From: Balanoglossus misakiensis | Lineage: Eukaryota > Animalia > Hemichordata | Direction: 5' to 3' | Assembly: GCA_040954595.2 (NCBI GenBank) | Contig: CM082584.2 | Coordinates: 1,705,344-1,769,343, forward strand | Length of the DNA stretch: 64,000 nt | In this document: piece after piece, positions 54,595 to 64,000 of the stretch | Numbering within the stretch: the first letter of the stretch is position 1 | Layout of the letters: the number at the start of each line of letters is the position of its first letter | The notes under the pieces: generated by a model | Seen by the model: the letters and a program-made list of their open reading frames with translations, nothing else | Databases searched by the model: none | What the model was told of the DNA's origin: nothing | Position numbers and translations under genes: made by a program

Positions 54595-54883
54595 TATTAG
54601 GTCCCATTGGTATGTACCATGGGACCTTTTGGGATCAGTTGCGTCTGTATGTATGTATGGATGTATGGATGGATGTATGGATGTATGTCTGTATGTCCAT
54701 CCGCATCAAAAAGTTGTCATGACACATGACAGTTTATTGGGCATGTTCCTTGTTAATTTTTTTACATTCCATATTTCTATATCTTAGATCATATCTGCTT
54801 GCAATGTCACCTGTTATTTTTATTCTGGTGTGTCACTGTTTCTGCATAATCCTCAAATAGGACCACAGTGTCCTTGACGCTAT
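54595..54883 (+). mobile_element. ~289-bp HINE/DINE-1-like element inserted in a T-run within the Academ coding region
   Basis: 5' hairpin AGGTCCCAT..ATGGGACCT, (GTAT/GGAT)n microsatellite, 3' stem AGGAC-cacagt-GTCCT. Removing it restores the frame ...DDTAT-K-ITQKDLLSIR. Confidence 0.8.
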
Positions 54884-55830
54884 TTGTTGCTGTGTCATCT
54901 GAAAATATATTAGTTAGCTCCCTGGCGGTATTAAGTGGTGAAAATACATCAGCACCTTCAAGACAATTGATATACAACCTGCAGTTTGACTCATGTATTT
55001 TATGTACGCTAACTGAATTATGGGTTTCATTTTGGAAAGGAAATAACTGATCTTTTAGATTCTTGGCAGCCATAGCTCTATAGGGTAAATAAATTGCTAT
55101 TCTCTCCATTAACCCACCTGTAGAAGTATGCAGTGCAGCTTTAACATCTTTATTGATGCACATTTCATGGGCTTCATCTAGTGCTCCATTAACCCACGTT
55201 GAGCCTGACAAATTTCAAACAAAACCACCTGCTTTGAAATGTAACAACAGAGAGTTTGGCATCTTCAGAAGGTCAGCAAGATGTCTGGGAATTAACCTCA
55301 AGTACAGGGATCGGTCATATGCATGGAACAGTGGGTTCATTTATTTCAAAGCCAATATTCGAAGGTTCCAATTTCCTGACCTTATTGCAATGTACAAAGA
55401 CATGTATGCAAACAAATCTTCCTCTATAAATCTAACCCAAAATTTGAAAGTTTTGTCTGTATTTGCCCTTCTGCACAGTACGTGAAAACTCCCATAATTC
55501 ATTCTGATTTGTACAATCAGAGATTACTCAGTCAAACCAGGCAAAGTTCACATGTGTAGAGAGAATTGTAGACCACTAATAGAAATGTTGAGATCTTACT
55601 TTTAAGTTGAATCTTATTGTCAATTACCATTTCAAATGATTTAGAAAATTATGTATTATTGAGAGAGGAGATACGAATTTTATAAAATAATCAAGTAATT
55701 GCATAGCCAGCCATACAAAAAAGTTTGGAGTACAACAGGGACACTTGAAACACCTGTTTAATCAAACAAAAAGATATTGATATTTTCTTTTGACAGAAGA
55801 ATGGAAATTTACAAGTTAACTTTGCCCTAA

Positions 55831-55904
55831 CAAGCGCATTTGAGTATGACACGTGTTATAGATACTGGCGCTATACACATTTTTCTGATTGATTGATTGA
55901 TTGA
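55831..55904 (+). mobile_element. L2/SINE-type 3' tail with (GATT)n
   Basis: AAGCGCATTTGAG...GGCGCTATACA...(TGAT)4-5 inside a non-coding interruption of the Academ frame. Confidence 0.55.
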
Positions 55905-57244
55905 TAACTTTCAACAGAGACTGGCCACCTCAGTCAATCATTGCTTGGCATTTGCAGTACATGAATACTTTGATTCTTATGGCTTTTAAATTTTGATTTT
56001 GGAATTTTCACTCTAATTCCTCAATGTACTTTTCCTAGATAAAAATGAATATATTTATATGTACTTCATATCATTGTTAGTATCTAAACCAGAAAAGGTT
56101 ATTAAATGGGCAACCTTCGATGATACAAATCATGGAGAATTGTGGGTAAAATATCGTACTGTGTTCTGTCACAAAAAATCTGAAATTCATCTTGCAAGCG
56201 AGTAAGTTGAGCCTTAAGGTCACCATTAATTTTGTCAATATGATCAGCTTTATCTTCAGTACATTCCAAAGATTTTGTGACAGCTTCTAGTAAACATTTT
56301 TGGACTGTTTCTGTATTTAAGGGACAGTGCTGGGTATTATGGGTTTCACCCCTCATATTCAAAAAGGAATTGACAAGACATCTAAACATACTTTCCCAAA
56401 TTTGTCTTAGGAAGCGATGAGTTAGCTTGAAATTTGTACACTGTAGTAGGGTTTCCAAAGTTCCCCCTTTATGATTGAACCCTGCCAGATGTTTTAAGCC
56501 AACATCCCAGAATATTTTCATGATGACTGGTTGGTAATTTTTTAGAGTGTGCCAGTCTCTGATAAAAGGCTGCAACCAGTCTAAATTTGCACCATACATG
56601 TCTTTTAACTTTATCAGGTGATGGAAAGTTTTCCCATCACCAACCACAACCAGGTATTTTATTCTTACACCAACTCTGAATGTAACATATACAGCTTATT
56701 GATAATGTTATGGACAGTTTCAATGGTGTCTGCGTGTTCACTTGATATGCCCAAATAAATGACATTTGAGCATTCACTGTCATTACTGTTAGCAGTTGTT
56801 GCTAATGTTGATTTAAAATCCCCAAATACTGTTTCTATATCAGCTCTGTGCATTGCATTTTTCTGTAGAGCAAAAATGAATTGTCAGAAAACAGTTCTGA
56901 CCAAGCAATGGCTTCTTCTTGTTTAATGTCTAAATCTGAAGGCGAAATTGATGACCGTGGTTGATGTTGTCTCAGTAGAGGTGGTTTAAATACTACATCA
57001 TCATGAACAGTATCATTGGATTTTTTCTCCGTAAATGTACAGGCTTTTCTCACAGGTGCACTCAAACCTCTGTCAACCATGATTTTAGTATTATTTCCAC
57101 AAGGAAAATTGCCAACAATTTCATTCATTTCAGAGTCTACTGTATTTTGTGAACAAAAGCCACTGTTTAATTCATGCCACCATTCAAATGAATTCTGTGC
57201 ATTTTCATTCACCAGACTATCTTTACTTTTAATTAACAGCCTGT

Positions 57245-57725
57245 TAAGAAGCAAATCATAATGGCCTGGTTGACCTGGCCTGTCTGGTGTGTACAAGAGA
57301 CAGACAGGCTCAGTCTTGGAGAACACATAACCATCACCTCTTGCAAATATATCATTCTGCTTGGTGTATATATGTAATGGACATTTTGCAACATACACTA
57401 CATATAACATTTCTGGCATACCAGCATATTCATCTGCCTTTTCCATACATTGTGTTCTGTGCAAAATGTCCATATAACGAGTGCCGTCTAACAGGGCATC
57501 AAGTTGTGCATCATCCAGTCCTTCAAAGTATATATGATTGCCACGTATTATGTCTAATGTATCTGCTCTTAACTTGTCTGCAAATATTTTCTCTCGGTCA
57601 GCTAAAATTGGGTCAAAAGGGAGTCCATTAAGTAGACGATCGCAATTTCGAAATGCAAAATCATTTCTCACAGAGATGCTCCTGAAAAAGCACCTTCCAT
57701 CACAATAAATGTTGATTAGCTTAAA
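57245..57725 (-). pseudogene. OTU-like cysteine protease (deubiquitinase-fold) domain within the transposase
   Basis: FKLINIYCDGRCFFRSIS (Cys codon 57690-57692), LRADTLDII, EYAGMPEMLYVVYVAKCPLHIY, VCLLY..GHYDLL (His codon 57261-57263). The domain itself has no stop codon. Confidence 0.8.
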
Positions 57726-59677
57726 ATCTTTGACAGTTGAATGTTTGTCATGACTGCCAAAAACAATATCATCAATACTGTTCAGAATTGACTATGGTTT
57801 TGGTTGGACCATTTGATAAGAGGTACCGTGGAAACCTCTGTCCTTTGGATCAGCTGTAACAGCTGCATATTTAGCTGATTTATCAATATTGTCAATGGAA
57901 GTTAAACAAAATGCATTATTTGCAATATTTTTCTCTGTGAAATCAGCTGATGTTCTTTTGTTGATAACTCCCAACATGTATCTATGCAATGTATCTCCAG
58001 AACAAATAATACCAAATCAATTTAGAATTTTCACTAGAGTAGATGACCTACTATAACCTTCAACAATGTCAGCCAGGTAAGTATGCAATGGGTAAGTACA
58101 ATGATCAGAACAAATGAACAATAGCATACACACAAAACAAACGCCTGAGGAATCGTGCTCTACTCTCCATAGAGTGCTGGTCATAAAATCCATAGTAGTG
58201 TTTATTCCATTCAAAGTTGGAGCTTTTTAATTTACTGCGTTCACTGTTGTTCAACGTTAAATATACAACAGTGTTCCATAACACAGGGTCAATCTCACTG
58301 ACAATATATTCAACATCAAGTGTACTCAGATCAACAATGTTTGTTTTGCAGTAATTACTGAATTCTTGAGATTGCTGATAAATGCTGGCATTTGATTTCA
58401 CAGCCACCAAATCAAGCTTTTGAAAAAGTCAACGTCAACTTTACTCAAGTCTCTTACTTGCTTTTCAAGCCTCTCTATCTGTTTCTCAGCTTGCACAACA
58501 TACTGAGGATGTTCGACAAGTGCATTTTGGAGGGCAATAGTGAGATCTGAACCTGTTCGGTACAAAAAGGTGGAGAACTTTCTACTCACTTTTGATACAA
58601 CAGAAAGGTGAATTGGATAATACACTCATAGAAATTCCCGAATAAGCCAGCTATTAGGTTTTCTGTGGAATTCCACTCGTTGTAACTTGACAATGGGTCG
58701 CAAAGTCTGATATTCATTGTCTAAACAATCATTAAAATATTGCCCAACGTCAAACAATAGAATGGCATGTTTTCTGAGGAGCACTTCTCCTAAAAAGACA
58801 ACAGTTTTCCAGCATGCAAAATTCACCAAGTCGGTGTCACAGCTGCAGCCTTTTTGTAGCATTGTGACATATTTTTTAATTTCTTCAGCAAGTGCTATAT
58901 CACTCGACATAATTAGGCCTTGTTGAATACTACACCTGGCTTTTTCCGCTAAAAGCAACAAATGTTTGATAACATTTCAAACAAATCAGGCTGTCTTGAG
59001 TAAGGGCAAAAAGTGTGTTAGTCTGTTAGTGAAATGTTTGCACCATATCAAAATCAGGGATTTTAAACAAATTGTTTGCCCGTGATAAGCACGAAGTACA
59101 CAAGGGATGGCTTTGTCTCATAGCAAGGATGTAGTGACGTTGACACAGTGGAAATGATGAAAATCCTTTAAAACCTGAGTTGTCTATACTCAATTTTGTA
59201 CACAGTCCTCCTCGCCTGAAATCAGCTCTATAATGTCGCGTAAAAAATGGCCTATTTCGCGACCCTTCAGCGGGGCCCACTCTAACGGCTACATGGTTTG
59301 AAGTACTTTCCCTCATGAACATATGTTAATGAGTACCGTGCGATCTGACTGTACAGACAGAATAACACACACACACATCGAGAGATTAACAGGCAAACAC
59401 TGGCTGACCCATAAGCTGCCAATGGCATGTGTACTGTACACACAGCAAATGGTCTCTTTAACAGATAGCCAGTTATGAAAACATGCAGTTACCAATCACT
59501 GTTATTATTGACAAATTGCATCCAAGTCCAGACACAGGCTTGGATACAATTTGTAAACAATAACAACATTGCTTACCCTGCTTCACCGAGCTGAACAAGA
59601 AATGATGGGTGATAACCAGAATAATACTGAATAAAAATTCAAAAGTTACAGATACAGGACCTTTCCTTGCCCACATA

Positions 59678-60030
59678 TGATATTACTATGGTCTGTGCGT
59701 CGCATTTTAATTGGTCAAGATGAACGACATCACTGACCACAAATACCCAGTAATGGTTTGTTTACATGCCTGTAAATCTGAATAGTAATATTAGCAAACA
59801 GTTCAATGAACACAACATTTTGCCCCTAGTCTTGTGTGTGGGACATTTTCATAAATATTGAAGGTTTTATTGAGATTGTTGGTAATGTAATGGAAATAAA
59901 TGCAGGGCTCGGGCTCGAGGACAGCCAAATTTCATGGGCTCAGAAGCCTTGCCCATGAATTTTTGGCTTTCCCCTCGCCCTTGCCCATAAATAAACGTTA
60001 ATGGTCAGGGCGTCGTGCATTATTTCTATA
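59678..60030. mobile_element. Non-autonomous palindromic element, family uncertain
   Basis: TATTACTAT(59681)/ATAGTAATA(59790); GAAATAAATGCA/TGCATTATTTC; central stem AGCCAAATTTCATGGGC/GCCCATGAATTTTTGGCT (59923-59968). Confidence 0.55.
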
Positions 60031-60045
60031 TTGTGTTGATCTTAC

Positions 60046-60162
60046 CTGTACACTCTCCATTGACCAATCAATATTCCACAGCACAAGTGCAATAAAAAGA
60101 GCCTGCTGTATTCACACACTGGACTTCACAAAGATCTGCTCTCTCCATATATTCATTGACAT
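60046..60162 (-). pseudogene. Disabled calcium-binding EGF exon (phase 1-1)
   Basis: tctttgatttcAG|...|GTAAG; 117 bp; (D)VNEYMERADLCEVQCVNTAGSFYCTCAVEY*LVNGECT. The first Cys is replaced by Tyr and there is a TGA at 60068-60070. Confidence 0.85.
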
Positions 60163-60304
60163 CTGAAATCAAAGATAGTTATTATTAATAAATTTATTAT
60201 TATTTATTTCCTAACAAATGTAATACACATACATTTCAGTGCATTTTCTACAGAAAATAATAAAATTAGAAAACAAGTGAAAGCTTAAAGGATACAAAAT
60301 TACA

Positions 60305-62047
60305 CTTATAGTAGCAGAAATTCTTGCAACTGTAATTAGAAATGATAACGAAATAGAGGGTTTCAAAGTTAATAATTATAAAGTTAAGATCACACAATTA
60401 GCTGATGATATGCAGGTATACATAAGCAAAGAAAAATCTCTCATGCGTTTACTTAACTTGATTGATGAGTATGGGAAGTATTCTGGTTTGAAACTAAATA
60501 GAGACAAGACGGAAGGCTTAAAACTAGGAGGCTGGAAAGCTAAGAACAACCTTGGCTTGATTTCATGGCCTGATAAACCAATTAAAGTATTGGGTGTTAA
60601 TTTTGGATATGCACGTTTTGAAGAGGAAGTAAGGAAGTTAAATTGGGATACTAAGATTGACAGAATTGAAATACTCTTAGATTCATGGAAGAAAAGATAT
60701 TTGTCAATTTTTGGAAAAATCACAATTATTAAATGTTTAGCCATGTCGAAAATAACATATTTGGCATCGATGATTGACATTCCTGATGCCGTGATAAATA
60801 GATTAAGTAGTTTGTTCTATGATTTTTTATGGAGTGGGAAAAAAGGGAAGATTAAGAGGGAAATCATTATAAATAAATATGAAAAGGGAGGGGTACAAAT
60901 GATTGATATCAGGTCAATGGTGAAGGCACTGAAATGCAGATGGGTGGAACGGCTCATGAAAGCTAATTGTGATACGTGGAAAGCAGTGATTGATTTTTAT
61001 TTCAAAGATTTCGGAGGGATCAAAAATATCTTCTCTTATAATTTTGACAAAAGAGGTTTAACTTTCATTACGAGAAACATTCCAAACTTTTACAGAAATG
61101 TTCTATTTAGCTGGTACGATATTGTCATGAATAACAACAAGGTTAAAATGTCTCCGAACAATATTGGAGAGGAAGTAATTTGGGGAAATCAACATATAAC
61201 ATGTAATAATAGAGTCTTGTTTTTTACTGAATGGATTGACTGCAACATAATGTATGTTTCAGATTTGTTTCAAAAAGGTGTTTTCATGAAACGGGGCTAT
61301 TTATTAGAAAAATTGAAAAACAAAAGAAATTGGATAACACAGTATCTAATACTGAAAAAAGCCATACCAAACGAATGGAAGAGAAGAATGATGTCTGCTA
61401 AGAACTTTCTGTGTGTAAATCGAGATATAAAGACAATAATGAAAAAAGATCACACAGGGAAATACAAAAATATACATGATTTTTTATGCAAAGATTTTTA
61501 TTGGAACATTGTGAACAGAAAGGCGTTGAAGTCATATGCGCCGACATTTTGGGCAAATAGTTGTGATACAGAACACATAAACTGGGCGTTAATCATGAAA
61601 ATTAAAATAAAAGACATGGGTGTTAAAAAAATTGCCCAATTTAATTATTTTTTACTTTACAACAAAATCCCACACGGTTTAAATCTGTGGAAATGGAAGA
61701 AAGCAGACAATCCAAATTGTGAAATATGTAAATGTACGGATGACTGCATGCATTTTCTTTTTGATTGCTCTGTTGTGAAACATTTTTGGAAAAGACTGAA
61801 CGTTCTTATTAATACTGTGTACAATATTAACATAAAGCTAATTTGGAAGCATATTGTATTTGGGTACATGATGGAATGTGACAAGCTTGAATCACTAAAT
61901 ATGATCATAATGGTGGCAACTTTTTGTGTATACAAAGCAAGAATTATTAACGAAAATCACATACGCCGATTATTAATAGAAGAGTTAACGTACTCTCAAC
62001 AGATAAAAAAGGATGGAAAAATTCATGAGTGTCTAAGTCTTCTTTGA
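60305..62047 (+). CDS. Partial ORF2: reverse transcriptase C-terminal part plus CCHC zinc finger (zf-RVT); lacks EN and the RT N-terminus
   Basis: QLADD, YGKYSGLKLNRDKT, IKVLGV, LSIFGKITIIK, FLWSGK, KGGVQMID, CEIC...MHFLFDC..V..FW. Confidence 0.9.
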   Translation, partial: LIVAEILATVIRNDNEIEGFKVNNYKVKITQLADDMQVYISKEKSLMRLLNLIDEYGKYSGLKLNRDKTEGLKLGGWKAKNNLGLISWPDKPIKVLGVNFGYARFEEEVRKLNWDTKIDRIEILLDSWKKRYLSIFGKITIIKCLAMSKITYLASMIDIPDAVINRLSSLFYDFLWSGKKGKIKREIIINKYEKGGVQMIDIRSMVKALKCRWVERLMKANCDTWKAVIDFYFKDFGGIKNIFSYNFDKRGLTFITRNIPNFYRNVLFSWYDIVMNNNKVKMSPNNIGEEVIWGNQHITCNNRVLFFTEWIDCNIMYVSDLFQKGVFMKRGYLLEKLKNKRNWITQYLILKKAIPNEWKRRMMSAKNFLCVNRDIKTIMKKDHTGKYKNIHDFLCKDFYWNIVNRKALKSYAPTFWANSCDTEHINWALIMKIKIKDMGVKKIAQFNYFLLYNKIPHGLNLWKWKKADNPNCEICKCTDDCMHFLFDCSVVKHFWKRLNVLINTVYNINIKLIWKHIVFGYMMECDKLESLNMIIMVATFCVYKARIINENHIRRLLIEELTYSQQIKKDGKIHECLSLL

Positions 62048-62240
62048 GATGTAAAATTATTATAGAGTTCACCATAACTATATGTATTTGAAATATTGAT
62101 AATGAACAGAAACATTGTAAAGTTGGATCTTGCCTTTATCAGACGCATGTGTAAAAATGTATGTTAATTGAGTGGGATGTAAAAATGTACGTTAATTTGA
62201 GTTGAATAAACATTACTTTAAAGAAAAAAAAAGAAAAAAA
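60305..62240 (+). mobile_element. 5'-truncated Tx1/L1-clade non-LTR retrotransposon
   Basis: Open frame from 60305 (LIVAEILATVIRNDNEIEG...ITQLADD) to the stop at 62047; short 3' UTR; AATAAA at 62205-62210; A-rich tail to 62240. Confidence 0.93.
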
Positions 62241-62314
62241 TACATTTAAAAACCCAAAACAAACAGAAACAGTTCTGAAAGACAATCCCTATAAACCAAA
62301 AAAACAATGGAATG

Positions 62315-62430
62315 AAATAGTGCTGAATAAAAAGACGAGTCTTTAAACCCCTTTGAAAACTGTTAATAGATCCAGCATTGCAGATAGAAGGTGCACAAAC
62401 ACTGAATCCTCTTTAGCCATATGCCTTGTT
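62315..62430 (-). mobile_element. L2 ORF2 extreme C-terminus remnant (its 3' UTR probably continues at ~60181-60304)
   Basis: KAYG*RGFSVCAP/SICNAGSINSFQRGLKTRLF matches the L2 consensus YGxRAFSxxAP..WN.LP..IR...S...FK..LKTHLF. Confidence 0.7.
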
Positions 62431-62526
62431 AAGTTTTGAAATGATCATTCATGGTGATTAGTGATCAAGAATATACCCGTAAAAAAATTACTCTACCCTC
62501 AGAGAAGCATTTTGTAATGTCTTTAA

Positions 62527-63246
62527 GGTGGCATTGCATGAAACCGTCGAGACTTTTTCAGAGGCCTATTTCTCATCAAAGACAACGTTAAAACCCCCAT
62601 AAACCATATATATTCTGGAAGCTGAGTTTTTGAGCTTTTGTTTGAGTTGCATATATTATTGATCCCCGGAAATCGAGGCGTTTTTGGGTTAAAAAAAACA
62701 TTTCTTGATATTATGTCATTACATTCAATTTAGGTAAAAAAGCTGACTTAATATGTCACTCGAAACTAGAGTACACGTGCAAAAAAAAAACACGGTAATT
62801 TTGTTTTACGTTATCTGCTTTTATTGAGGAGTAACAGTGTTTGAGAGTTAGATTTTTAGAAAATTTGATCAAATTCACAGTGAGTTGTATTGAATCAGAG
62901 TTTATTCCCGCCAGGGAAACTTTATCGACTAAAAAAATATGTTTTGATGGATGGGTCATACACAATACCCTATTAAAATTTGAGCAAATTCGGCCAACGC
63001 AGAGCGAAGCTAAATTCTTCTGAAGTTGTCAAGAGCAGCAAAAATGCAAACTGAGAAAAACGGCCATTTGCATTGTTGACACCTATTTGTTAAGCTGTGA
63101 ACTCATTCAGAAAAGTGCTATTTGGGGTGGTTATGCACCATTTCCGCCAAGACGTATTAGACAGGATGTTGATCAGTATTAGACCTACCGATTTATGTAA
63201 AAAAGTAAAATTTAGCAACAATCACAACTTTTCATGCAATGCCACC
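62527..63246. mobile_element. 720-bp non-autonomous Kolobok-like DNA transposon
   Basis: TTAA|GGTGGCATTGCATGAAA ... TTTCATGCAATGCCACC|TTAA: perfect 17-bp TIR, TTAA TSD, purine-purine termini (not piggyBac CC). Confidence 0.92.
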
Positions 63247-63706
63247 TTAACATGAGATGAAAACTATATGAATTTTCTAAGTGTATATTTATTCTTTGCA
63301 GAGGTAATTTATTTAGCTATAGGTTGATAAGTTATGTTAATTTGATTGAGTTATGCATATAAGTAGTGAAAATACTTGCCAATGAATATATCAGACAGTC
63401 TTATAGTATCGTGTGAGGTTGATGACACATATTCTTAACCACATATTTCTTGATCATTTACACCAAAGTCCTCAATATCCATGGCGATCCTTTTCTAGGA
63501 ATTTTAACACTCTCTATCATTCTCATTTTAACAAAATCCCCTGAAACTTGTGTACCCTGTCAGTACGAGTGTGCTGTTGATTTCAAATTTTAAAATGTGT
63601 GCAATGGACAGACAAGATGTGTGTTTAGCTGATTGTAACCATAGTAATATACAATCCCCAAACAATGTAGCCACAGAAGAGACTAACAGAGACCACAGTT
63701 ACATAC

Positions 63707-63829
63707 CGCCACATGCATGGCCATCATCCAGCAGATAGAATCCTGGTCTGCAAGTGCAGAGATAACTACCATGGGTATTCTGACAATAGTGTTGACATGC
63801 ATTTCCACCACTGTGACATTCGTTCATAT
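63707..63829 (-). CDS. Calcium-binding EGF domain exon (fibrillin/fibulin/SCUBE/matrilin-like protein); intact, but probably part of a pseudogene
   Basis: ttcttcttaccctccAG|...|GTATGT; 123 bp, phase 1-1; (D)MNECHSGGNACQHYCQNTHGSYLCTCRPGFYLLDDGHACG with all six Cys. Confidence 0.9.
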
Positions 63830-64000
63830 CTGGAGGGTAAGAAGAAATTAGAAATAATTTACAAGCATTACATTATTCAAGATAAGCCTACTCTTGACTA
63901 CTGAAATCTCACACCAAAGACACCTGGGCTCAGATTTATAACAAGATGGGGATAATTTGTCTCAATTTGATCATTTGAGACAAAATATCCCCAAACTTAT

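Larger units (their letters stand above)
52500..59600 (-). mobile_element. Decayed AcademX-type DNA transposon: Cys/His-rich N-terminus, DDE transposase with inserted OTU domain, XPG/PIN nuclease, CXC (Cys8) and acidic tail
   Basis: Collinear minus-strand fragments: SIDNID..GFHGTS (~57890), VVGDGKTF..DWHTLKNYQ (56640-56530), AIRSGNWNLR..MNPLFHAYDR..Y (55390-55300), LDEAHEMCINKD (~55170), FDD..SPKDIHR (~54070), HEEADSR..YSPDID..TGCDYVSYFAGIGK (53760-53445), CGCK..CNSRCCKC...CGP (52940-52860). Many stops and frameshifts; termini not identified, so boundaries are approximate. Confidence 0.8.

Overview
AT-rich animal genomic DNA; the repeat types suggest a marine invertebrate (inference). The window looks like the edge of a heterochromatic block and contains no intact host gene. 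1-16.74 kb is a ~144-copy 116-bp satellite with higher-order structure. It ends in a ~0.84-0.89 kb tandem unit that contains single copies of the same monomer, followed by a 5x139-bp minisatellite. 23.47-46.31 kb is five head-to-tail copies of a ~4.47-kb segment; only copy 3 carries a 594-bp TTAA/TIR (Kolobok-like) insertion. The right third holds, on the minus strand, disabled spliced exons of a polyQ MED25-like C-terminus and of a calcium-binding-EGF gene. It also holds a decayed ~7-kb AcademX-type DNA transposon (DDE transposase, XPG/PIN nuclease, Cys-rich CXC tail), a young 5'-truncated Tx1/L1-clade LINE nested in an L2 remnant, and several MITEs and HINE-like elements. The most notable observation is an OTU-type cysteine protease domain (DGRCFFRS...GHYD) lying in frame inside the Academ transposase catalytic core. 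All family assignments come from motif recognition by eye, not from database searches.
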